DNA from: Dehalococcoidia bacterium
GTDB lineage: Bacteria; Chloroflexota; Dehalococcoidia; UBA2979
Assembly: GCA_965219085.1 (NCBI GenBank)
Contig: OZ244720.1
Span: 2,624,001 to 2,688,000 of the forward strand
Direction: 5' to 3'
DNA length: 64,000 nt
Translations under genes and position numbers: made by a program
Part shown: in pieces, positions 1 through 7,573 of the stretch
Position numbering within the stretch: the stretch's first letter is position 1
How the letters are laid out: each line of letters starts with the position of its first letter
The notes under the pieces: model-generated
Seen by the model: the letters and a program-made list of their open reading frames with translations, nothing else
What the model was told of the DNA's origin: nothing
Database searches by the model: none

Positions 1-600
1 GATCTCGGGGACGACCACCATGCCGGCGAAACGCTCGCCACGCTCGGTGCACAACCCGCTCTCGCGGACCCGTCCGGCGGCGAAGCCGGCGGATGCGAGC
101 GCCGTCTGCAGCCCGCGCCCCGGCACGTAACCGAGGCCGAGCCGCCGGGCGGTGTCGAGCCCGACGCCCCGTGAGGTGAGGTATGCCCTCGCCTCGGGAC
201 TGCGCCGCAACTCCCTGGCGTAGTGGCGCGCCGCCGCCGTCACCAGCGCCGGGTCCGGCGGCGGTGCCGCGGCCGGGGAGCGTGGCCGACGGGAGCTTGC
301 GGAGCGGCCGGGGACAGGCGTCGAGCCGTCGAGCCGCCGGATCGCCTCCCGCAGGCTCAGGCCCTCGGTGCGCTGGAGGAAGTCCAGCACGTCGCCGCCC
401 TCGCCGCAGCCGAAGCAGTACCAGCGCTCGGTGTCGGCGTAGACCGTGAAGCTGCCCTCGGCCTCGTTGTGGAAGGGGCAGACGCCCTGGCGGACGCGGC
501 CCCTGCCGTGCAGCCGAACGCCCGACGCCTCGACCACGTCGCCCAGCGGGTGACGCGACTTCAGCGCCGCGATGTCGACGGGCGCATGGGCGGCGACCAT
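1..600 (-). CDS. DnaG-like primase with CHC2 zinc finger (3'-truncated by window edge; not in ORF track)
   Basis: Manual translation from ATG at 600: MVAAHAPVDIAALKSRHPLGDVVEASGVRL...VCPFHNEAEGSFTVYADTERWYCFGCGEGGDVLDF; start overlaps the upstream stop (TGATG). Confidence 0.85.
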   Translation of the reverse strand, partial: MVAAHAPVDIAALKSRHPLGDVVEASGVRLHGRGRVRQGVCPFHNEAEGSFTVYADTERWYCFGCGEGGDVLDFLQRTEGLSLREAIRRLDGSTPVPGRSASSRRPRSPAAAPPPDPALVTAAARHYARELRRSPEARAYLTSRGVGLDTARRLGLGYVPGRGLQTALASAGFAAGRVRESGLCTERGERFAGMVVVPEI

Positions 601-1064
601 CAAGAGCCGCCCTTCGCCAGGGGCCGGAGCCCCCGCAGGCTGCGCCGCGAGACGACCTTGCCGGGCTGCCAGCGCATCCCGAGAACCGCCAGCACCTCCA
701 GCGCTCCGCCGGGGTGCGGCGCGAGCACGGCGGCTCGCCCGGTGGCGGGGCTGTAGACGACCGCCTCGCGCCCCGCGAAGCGCCGCCGTGCGAGGTCGAG
801 CCACTCGGCGTACGCCCAGCGCACGTCCTGCTCCGTGGCCTGCGTCAGGTCCGCGCTGGCGAGGACCCCCGCCGCGCTGTCGAGGTCGCCCTGCTGCCGG
901 AGCCGCCGCGCCTCGTGGACGCTGCGGGCGATGCTCGGTTCGGGCTCCGGGGCCGCTCCGAGGAGCGCCTCGAATACCCTGTCGACCAACTCTTCGAGGC
1001 TGCGCCCGGGGCGGGAGACCGCCTCGGTCGCAGCCGTGTTCATCGTTGCCGTTGCCATCGTCAT
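600..1064 (-). CDS. Hypothetical ICE protein
   Basis: ORF with AAGGAG RBS 7 nt before ATG 1064; translationally coupled to the primase gene. Confidence 0.7.
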   Translation of the reverse strand: MTMATATMNTAATEAVSRPGRSLEELVDRVFEALLGAAPEPEPSIARSVHEARRLRQQGDLDSAAGVLASADLTQATEQDVRWAYAEWLDLARRRFAGREAVVYSPATGRAAVLAPHPGGALEVLAVLGMRWQPGKVVSRRSLRGLRPLAKGGS

Positions 1065-1104
1065 TTCGATGCTCCTTGTGCTGTGGCTCGTGCCGGTGTC
1101 GTGC

Positions 1105-1176
1105 GCCCTCACGGGCATGAAGAGGGGCCGCCTCCGAAGAGACGGCCCCATGGCTGTGTGGATGCCGGGTGAGGGC
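1105..1176 (-). ncRNA. Structured cis-RNA / attenuator-like leader
   Basis: Inner hairpin GGGGCCGUCUC-UUCG-GAGGCGGCCCC (cUUCGg tetraloop) nested in outer helix GCCCUCAC..GGCAU / AUGCC..GUGAGGGC. Confidence 0.5.
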
Positions 1177-1183
1177 CGGGTCG

Positions 1184-1687
1184 TCAGCGGAGAAGCACCC
1201 TCGTGCGGCGGCGGCCGGCGAGCACCCGTGCGACGAGGAGCGTCCCGATGCCGAGGCCGGCCGCGTTGAGCACGGCCAGTTCGCCGCCATGGCCGAACAG
1301 CAGCGGCGCCGCGAGCAGCGCCACCAATCCGACGACCACGGCGGGCTTCCGCCCTTGCCGCTTCGGACGAACCGGGGCAGCCTCGGCCACCGGCTCGTAG
1401 GCCGTCCAGATCGGCAGCCTAAGGACGCCCTCGAGCGCCGTCACAGCGTGGGCGCGCGTGCATCCGCCGGTGTGACAGCGCACGTCGATGCCGTTGCCGT
1501 CGGGCCGCTGCCGGAACGCCAGTCCGTCCGACGCGCCGCCGTGGCAGATGGCGGTGGTCGTCCAGAACCAGCCCCGCTCGAAGCTCACCCGCTGCGGGAT
1601 GAGATTCGAGATCCGGCCGGCGCTCGGTCCTGTGTACTGCTGTGCCACGGCTCGCATCTCCATGGCGTCCCTCTGCTCTGTGTTCAT
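1184..1687 (-). CDS. Hypothetical protein with primase-type Zn-binding motif and two C-terminal hydrophobic helices
   Basis: CH...CHTGGC motif; hydrophobic C-terminus; AAGGAGG RBS. Confidence 0.65.
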   Translation of the reverse strand: MNTEQRDAMEMRAVAQQYTGPSAGRISNLIPQRVSFERGWFWTTTAICHGGASDGLAFRQRPDGNGIDVRCHTGGCTRAHAVTALEGVLRLPIWTAYEPVAEAAPVRPKRQGRKPAVVVGLVALLAAPLLFGHGGELAVLNAAGLGIGTLLVARVLAGRRRTRVLLR

Positions 1688-1770
1688 GTCTCGTGACCTC
1701 CTTCGTCACTGCTGCGTTGCTGGTGACCCGTGCCGGCATCCGTGGCGCGGGTCATGGCTGTGTTGCTGCT

Positions 1771-2252
1771 GGACGCACTCCGCCCACGGTCGGATGCCGG
1801 GACCGGGGAACGGAGTGGCTGGGCCGCGCGTATGCGAAGCGGCCGGCCTGCGAGTCAGTCGCGGGCCGGCACGTCTTCAGCGCGGCGGGCATGGGGAACG
1901 GGCCGAGCGCAGGACGCACTCCGCCCAGGGACTCCGGGGTCGTGGCGCATAACGCACCTCGCCCGCGGTCTCCCGGCGTTCGAGGCGGCGTCGGGGGAGC
2001 AGCGCTCGACCCTTCAGCTGCCTCCCGCTGCGGGAAGGCGGATGTCCCTCACTGGAACGCCGTCGGGAGAGCAGGGCTCGATCCGTCAGGTCGTTCCGGG
2101 TCCGGGATGGACCCTCCAGGTTTCTGTGGCAGGAAACGCTGGAAAAGCCGGAAACTGCTTGGCAGTGTCGCCGAACGCCCACCCCCAACGGAAGGGGTTT
2201 CGGGGCCTTCCGCCGGAATCACTTGCCGTGGTTCGACAGGAGTTCGACAGGA
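1771..2252. repeat. Cluster of direct repeats in ICE non-coding region
   Basis: GGACGCACTCCGCCCA at 1771-1786 and 1912-1927; 29-bp repeat (4 mismatches) at 1989-2017 and 2061-2089; tandem GTTCGACAGGA x2 at 2231-2252. Confidence 0.75.
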
Positions 2253-2277
2253 ATGCGACCACGACCGCAGCGCACGG

Positions 2278-3147
2278 CTACGCCCACCAGATCCCGAGCG
2301 TGAGGAGACGGCGCAGGCGGCGCAGCCACTGCGCCCGGCGGCGCTCGCCGCGGACGCGCTCGAGCGTCCGTTCGCGCCAGCGCAGCTGCGCCCGCCGCGT
2401 CAACCCGTCCCAGCGGTAACTCTGCGGCGGCAGCGCGAGTTCGTGGTTGCCGATGAGCGCGATCTCCAGCTCGCGCAGGCGCTCCCCGTCGCGCAGCCAG
2501 TCCACGCCCCGCCCTGCGGCGGGATGACGTGCGCGTACGGCCCGCCACTCCTCGACGAGCGGCCAGGCCGGGCCGTAGGCGCGCTCGTCGTCCGGCCCGG
2601 CCTCCTCCGTCACGACCGTGGGAGACGCCGTCGGCGGGCGAACGGGAGCGGACGTCGGCCTGACGGCGATGCGGGGCGCGCCCCGGTCCGGCGCGGGCGC
2701 CCCGCCGGAACGCGGGGTCTCGACCGCCGTGAGCTGCTGCTCGCTGTCCGCCAGCCGTTCCCCATGCTCGTGCCGGAGCTGTTCCACCGTGTCCGCCAGC
2801 GCCTGCACGGCGTCCGTGGCGCCGCGCACCTCGCCGGCCGTGCCATCGATGCCGTCCGGAGGAGCCTCGGACCCGGCTCCGCCATCGTCCGACGGGGCCG
2901 GCGTCGCCGTGGGCGGCAGGGCCGCGCCGCGTTCCAGCGCCTTTGTGAGCAGGGCCTCTCGCAGCCGCACCTTGAGCGGGCCCGGTTCGTCGAGGGCGCG
3001 CGCCAGCGTCTTGTAGTTGACCCCCAGCGCATCCGCCGCCCGCATCCGTCCCTGCTCCGCCACGAGCTCGTGCAGGAACGCCCGCAGCCGCCCCTCGTAG
3101 GGCTGTTCCGACTCCTCCGGGGCCTGTTGCCGGCTTGTCTCGTCCAT
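2278..3147 (-). CDS. Hypothetical ICE protein with N-terminal HTH and coiled coil
   Basis: GRMRAADALGVNYKTLARAL HTH-like motif; GGGAGG RBS before ATG 3147. Confidence 0.65.
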   Translation of the reverse strand: MDETSRQQAPEESEQPYEGRLRAFLHELVAEQGRMRAADALGVNYKTLARALDEPGPLKVRLREALLTKALERGAALPPTATPAPSDDGGAGSEAPPDGIDGTAGEVRGATDAVQALADTVEQLRHEHGERLADSEQQLTAVETPRSGGAPAPDRGAPRIAVRPTSAPVRPPTASPTVVTEEAGPDDERAYGPAWPLVEEWRAVRARHPAAGRGVDWLRDGERLRELEIALIGNHELALPPQSYRWDGLTRRAQLRWRERTLERVRGERRRAQWLRRLRRLLTLGIWWA

Positions 3148-3357
3148 CTCACGGCCTCCCGGCACTTCCCTCGGAGGGAACTCTGCCCCCTGCGGCGTGG
3201 AATACGCCCTGACAGCGAAGTTGTTGCTCAGCACGTCCTGTAGGGCCGTTTTCCCTTGGCCCGCCTTGTGTTTCGGCACATTTCCCTCGCTGGGAACCAA
3301 CGTCCTTCTCCGTACACACCCATCACACCCTTCGGCCCGCCCGATCGCCATGTCCTG

Positions 3358-3385
3358 TAGGGGAGGGCGCACACGCCCTCCCCTA
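3358..3385. repeat. Perfect 12-bp inverted repeat (candidate oriT or operator)
   Basis: TAGGGGAGGGCG-caca-CGCCCTCCCCTA between divergent operons; GTCCTGTAGGG also repeated at 3235 and 3352. Confidence 0.6.
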
Positions 3386-3461
3386 TGAGGCATTACATCG
3401 CGGCCCCGATATCCACACACTCGATTGCCGTCACGACCACTCACCTCGAGGAGACGACGGC

Positions 3462-4082
3462 ATGCGACGGCAACCGAGAACCACCACCAATAGAACGAGG
3501 AGACTGCGGGCGCTGGCGGCGGCGCTGCTGCTGGCGGCGCTGGCGGCGATCCCCTCGAGCGGCACCGCCCTCGCCCAGGAGCCGCCCGCGGGCGACGGCA
3601 TCGTGCTCGTCAACGAGGCCGCCGAGGATCTCGTCGAGCGCAAGGACGACGGACGCTTCATCGCCCGTCCCGTCTTCGACCGCGAGGTCCCACTCCTCTA
3701 CTACGGCGTGCGCGAGGGCGACACGGGCGAGTGGGTCACCGTCGTTTTCCGGGTGCGCGACGACGGCGAGGAGCGGCGCGACGGTCACGAGTACTCCTTC
3801 GAGTACCCCTTCGAGAACGGCCAGCCCGAGCTCGACCCGGACCGCCCCTACCTGCTGGTGATGCTCGCGGGCGAGCTGGCGGAGTCGCCACAGCCCTTCT
3901 ACGCCGTCATCCCGCCTCACCAGCCGGGGGGCCTCTGGAACAAGGTCCTCGGAGCGCTCGAACCCGAGCGCTGGGGCAAGGCCGTCGCCCGCTGGGTGAT
4001 CGAGGGCGCGCACGGGACGCTCTGCGGCGTCGTCGAGCGCGCCTCCGGCGCAGACGCCGATACCTGCGAGGCCACCCCGTGA
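3462..4082 (+). CDS. Secreted hypothetical protein, first gene of the transfer operon
   Basis: Signal peptide ending ALA-QEP; GAGGAG RBS; stop overlaps next start. Confidence 0.7.
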   Translation: MRRQPRTTTNRTRRLRALAAALLLAALAAIPSSGTALAQEPPAGDGIVLVNEAAEDLVERKDDGRFIARPVFDREVPLLYYGVREGDTGEWVTVVFRVRDDGEERRDGHEYSFEYPFENGQPELDPDRPYLLVMLAGELAESPQPFYAVIPPHQPGGLWNKVLGALEPERWGKAVARWVIEGAHGTLCGVVERASGADADTCEATP

Positions 4083-5065
4083 GCGACATCTTCACGGGCA
4101 CTCCGCCCGGCCTCACCTATGATCACGAGATCGTCCGCCAGGCGTGGACGGCGGTCTGGATCATCACCTCGGGTGCGCTCGTCGTGATCATCGGCTGGAT
4201 GGGGCTGAGCCTCATCGTCGGAGACCACCTCGGCCGCGCACAGGCGGGCTGGCGCGAGTTGGTCCCGCGCCTCGGGCTCGGGCTCGTGGCTGCCGCCGCC
4301 TCGCTCTGGTGGTGCGCGCTCGTCATCGACGTGGCCGACGCGGTGTCAGGGTTCGTGGCCGCCGAGCTGGGCGTCACCGCCAGCGACATGCTGCGCTCGA
4401 CGCTGCGCACGCTGCTGACCGCGGTGGCGGCGGGCAGCGTGGGCATGGCCCTGGTCCTGGCGCTGCTCTACCTCGTCTACGGCTTCTTCGTGCTCTACCT
4501 CGTGGTGCAGATGGTGCTGCGCCTCGCGCTGATCGACATCCTGCTCGCGCTCGCGCCGATCGCCCTCGGGCTGTGGATCCTCCCGCACACCGCGGGCTGG
4601 GGCCGGCACTGGCTGCGGCTCTTCATGACGACCGTCTTCCAGCAGGCGATCCAGCTCGTCGCGCTGGCGCTGGGCATCTCCTTCCTCAACGAGTTCGCGT
4701 CGATCGGCGCCGGCGAACCCGTACAGGAACTCGTCTGGAAGCTGCTGATGTCGCTCGCCTTCATCTACCTGGCGACGCGCGTGCCCTCGATGCTCGGCAA
4801 CACCGGGACCTTCGACGCCTGGCTGCACACCCTCTACTTCGGCATGTCCCTGCCCGGCTCGATGGTCCGCTCGGCGCGCTCCGTGGGACTGCTCGCGGGC
4901 GGCGGTGCGGCGGGCGGCCCGGTGGGCGCGGCGGTTGCCGCCGGGGCAGCAGGCGGCGTGGCCTCGGCGGCCACCTCGGGCGTGCGCTCGGCGGCCGATA
5001 TGGCAACCCCCTCCTCGGGCGGCGGCGCCGCCGGTGGCGGCGCCCCCCGGAGCAGCAGCGAGTAA
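4079..5065 (+). CDS. VirB6/TrbL-like polytopic T4SS membrane protein
   Basis: Multiple TM helices, LRLALIDILLALAPIALGLWILP..WGRHWLR motif, Gly/Ala-rich tail; GTG start coupled to upstream TGA. Confidence 0.75.
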   Translation: MSDIFTGTPPGLTYDHEIVRQAWTAVWIITSGALVVIIGWMGLSLIVGDHLGRAQAGWRELVPRLGLGLVAAAASLWWCALVIDVADAVSGFVAAELGVTASDMLRSTLRTLLTAVAAGSVGMALVLALLYLVYGFFVLYLVVQMVLRLALIDILLALAPIALGLWILPHTAGWGRHWLRLFMTTVFQQAIQLVALALGISFLNEFASIGAGEPVQELVWKLLMSLAFIYLATRVPSMLGNTGTFDAWLHTLYFGMSLPGSMVRSARSVGLLAGGGAAGGPVGAAVAAGAAGGVASAATSGVRSAADMATPSSGGGAAGGGAPRSSSE

Positions 5066-5209
5066 CCGAACCACAACGAGAACAAGGAGGCGCGGTGTGT
5101 CGCGCCGTTCGGAGAGAACACCGGAGGTGAGAGATGTGCCGGTAGGCGAACGAGCAGCAGCACCGAGAGACGAACGAGCACACGCAAACGCGAGAGGAGC
5201 GAAACACAA

Positions 5210-5497
5210 GTGGAAGACCTGACTCAGACCATCTCCAACCTGGTGGGCATCCTGCTGGGCGTCGTCGGCGCGATCGGCGTCGGCTTCTTCATCTACGGGT
5301 CCTACCTCTACCTCACCGCCTCGGGCGCACCGCACCAGATGGAGCGCGGCAAGAGCGCGATGATGACCGCTTTGGCCGGCATCGTGCTGGCGATGGTGGC
5401 CTTCGGCGTCGTCGAGCTGGTGATGGACGCCGTCGTCAACCCCGTCGTGGATGTCGACGTCCCCGAGCCCACGGGCGCGGGTTCGTCGGAAGGATAG
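5210..5497 (+). CDS. TrbC/VirB2-like pilin
   Basis: Two hydrophobic helices around YLTASGAPHQMERGKS. Confidence 0.75.
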   Translation: MEDLTQTISNLVGILLGVVGAIGVGFFIYGSYLYLTASGAPHQMERGKSAMMTALAGIVLAMVAFGVVELVMDAVVNPVVDVDVPEPTGAGSSEG

Positions 5498-5506
5498 GGG
5501 GACGTC

Positions 5507-7240
5507 ATGCGAGAGCACGAGGTTCCAACCCACGTGCAGGCCGAGGACCGCGTCCTGCTGTGGTTCACCTTCCCCCAGATCGTGGCGATGACGGCAGTCT
5601 GCGCCCTCGCCTACGGCGTCTACCGCTACGCCCCGCTCGGTCCGTCCGAGGTACGCATGGCCGCGGCCGTGCTCTTCGGACTGGCCGGACTGGCGGTCGT
5701 CGCGGGGCGGATCGGAGGCAGGCGGCTGCCGCTGGTGGCGGCCGACCTGCTGCGGTTCGGACTGGGCGCGCGGCGCTACGCCGGGCCTCCAGCCCAGTTG
5801 GTGCGGAGCGAACCACCCGCAGCCGCGCAGCCAGCATCGAGCGGCGCCAGGCCACGGCGGCTGCTGGCGCGTCGCATACGGCGCGTCGTGCGCCGCCGCT
5901 CAAGGAAGCGGAAGGAGGGTGAGCGCCGCAACGGGCGGATGCCCTTTCGTCCGCACCGCATCTTCGGCAAGCGCCGGCGGCAGGGCGGCGAGGAGCCCGC
6001 TGAGGCGCAACGGCCGGCGACGCAGGAGCGCGGCGGGCGGCGTCTCGGACGCTGGCGCGTGCTCCCGGCGGTCGCCGTCCTGGCGGTCGCCCTCGCCGCC
6101 ACGCCGCTGCTCCCGGCGCTGGCCCAGGAGCCGGGCGGGGAGGGCTGGTTTTCGGAGGAGATCGAGTTCCAGCCTCCGCCGCTGGTCCCCGGACGACGGC
6201 TCTTCGTCGAGGGGCTCACGGTCGGCGGCGAACAGGCAGCGGTCACGCTGCGGGCCGCCACGGACCTGGACCTGACGGTGCGGGCCTACGGCGGTCCGGA
6301 CGGACGGTCGCTCCGCTTCTTCGGGACGGCCGCCCTCGAGCAGGGCGAGCGCAGCGAGTACGACCTGCCGCTGCACGGCCCCTCGCCCTCGCTCGTCTTC
6401 TCCTGGGAGGACGAGCTGGGCCAGGCCGGGGCCGTCAGCCTCGGTGGCGAGCGGCTCCCGTGGCCGCTGCCCGCGGTGGCGGGCGAGCTGTGCGTCCTGC
6501 GCGTCGTCTCGCTCGGCTGGAGCGCGGGCGCCGTCGAGGGGGCGATCAGCTCGGAGTGCGTGAGCACCACCGAGGAAGCGGTCGTTCTCCAGACGGTCGC
6601 CGGGCACGCCGACGTGACCGCGACGGCCCTGCTGGAAGGCGAGGTCGTTGCCGTCACCGGGACCATCACGGTCGCCGGAGACGGCCCTGCGACGAGCGTC
6701 ACGTTTGTCGCCGGCGGCGAGACCCGCTTCCGGCTCCCGGTCGCGGCGGGCGAGGCCGTCCACGCCCTCGCCATCGAGGCGGACCTGGTGGCGTCCCTCA
6801 GCGTCGCCCTGCCGCCGCTCGTGGAGCTCACCCACCACCCGCGGCGCGTCGAGCAACTCACGGAGACGGCGGAGGTGGGCATCCCGGCGTTCGGCGACAC
6901 CGTGACGGAGACGTTCACGGTCCCCAACGAGGACGGCACCGTCACTGAGCACACCGTGACGGCCAGCTGCCATGTCCCCGCGTCGACCGTCCGCCAGGAC
7001 GTCGTCTTCAGCGTCGTCCACCCCGAACGCGTCGAGGCCGAGGTGATGGCGCGGCTACCGCTCGCACGCAGCCGGGATGAGTCGCTTGCCCTGGCGCTCA
7101 GCGTCGGGGCCGACGACCCCTACGTGGCGCTGGCCGTACCCGAGCCCGAGCCGGAGCCCGATCCCGTGACGCAAACACCCGCCGAAGAGGACGAGCTGAG
7201 CGACTGGTTCGAGCAGCTCGGCTGGGAGTGGGTCTGGTGA
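5507..7240 (+). CDS. PrgI/VirB3-like N-terminus fused to a large extracellular beta-rich domain
   Basis: HEVPTHVQAEDRVLLWFTFPQ PrgI-like start with 2 TMs; internal signal-like segment; position upstream of VirB4. Confidence 0.65.
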   Translation: MREHEVPTHVQAEDRVLLWFTFPQIVAMTAVCALAYGVYRYAPLGPSEVRMAAAVLFGLAGLAVVAGRIGGRRLPLVAADLLRFGLGARRYAGPPAQLVRSEPPAAAQPASSGARPRRLLARRIRRVVRRRSRKRKEGERRNGRMPFRPHRIFGKRRRQGGEEPAEAQRPATQERGGRRLGRWRVLPAVAVLAVALAATPLLPALAQEPGGEGWFSEEIEFQPPPLVPGRRLFVEGLTVGGEQAAVTLRAATDLDLTVRAYGGPDGRSLRFFGTAALEQGERSEYDLPLHGPSPSLVFSWEDELGQAGAVSLGGERLPWPLPAVAGELCVLRVVSLGWSAGAVEGAISSECVSTTEEAVVLQTVAGHADVTATALLEGEVVAVTGTITVAGDGPATSVTFVAGGETRFRLPVAAGEAVHALAIEADLVASLSVALPPLVELTHHPRRVEQLTETAEVGIPAFGDTVTETFTVPNEDGTVTEHTVTASCHVPASTVRQDVVFSVVHPERVEAEVMARLPLARSRDESLALALSVGADDPYVALAVPEPEPEPDPVTQTPAEEDELSDWFEQLGWEWVW

Positions 7241-7554
7241 GGCGGCTCACGACCGCCCTGCTACTCGCCGGGGTCGCGCTGGTCACGACCGGCGCGGCCC
7301 CGGCCGAGGAGCGGGCCATGCTCGACGCCTTCGATGAGGCGCTTACCGCGCTGGCCTACGCCGCCGCCGGGGTCTGCGTCTTCGCGATCGCCTGGGCGGG
7401 CGTCCTGCTCATGGCCGACGGTGCCGACGAGCGTGGCGGCGGGCGCGCAAAGAGCGCCGTCTTCCTGGCCGTGGCCGGCCTCGCGCTCGTGCTGTCGGCC
7501 AAGGGCGTGGCTGCCCTGCTGCGCGCAGGCATCGTCCCCATCCCCGTCCCCTGA
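7237..7554 (+). CDS. Second TrbC/VirB2-like pilin
   Basis: Signal peptide plus two hydrophobic helices flanking DGADERGGGRAKS. Confidence 0.65.
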   Translation: MRRLTTALLLAGVALVTTGAAPAEERAMLDAFDEALTALAYAAAGVCVFAIAWAGVLLMADGADERGGGRAKSAVFLAVAGLALVLSAKGVAALLRAGIVPIPVP

Positions 7555-7573
7555 CACCCAGGAGCAGATCCCG

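Noticed and set aside
1989-2089. 29-bp repeat pair with 43-bp spacer as a possible mini-CRISPR
   Set aside because: Only two degenerate copies, no cas genes and no leader; kept only as generic repeats
1642-3243. 533-aa plus-strand ORF and many other long overlapping ORFs (e.g. 9891-11567, 22081-24339, 38212-41166 N-part, 42259-44646)
   Set aside because: Shadow or antisense frames of real genes in high-GC DNA; Arg/Pro/Ala-rich with no motifs
3294-3305. GAAC-CAAC-GTCC as a fourth LexA box
   Set aside because: Mismatch in a core position and poor flanks; expected by chance
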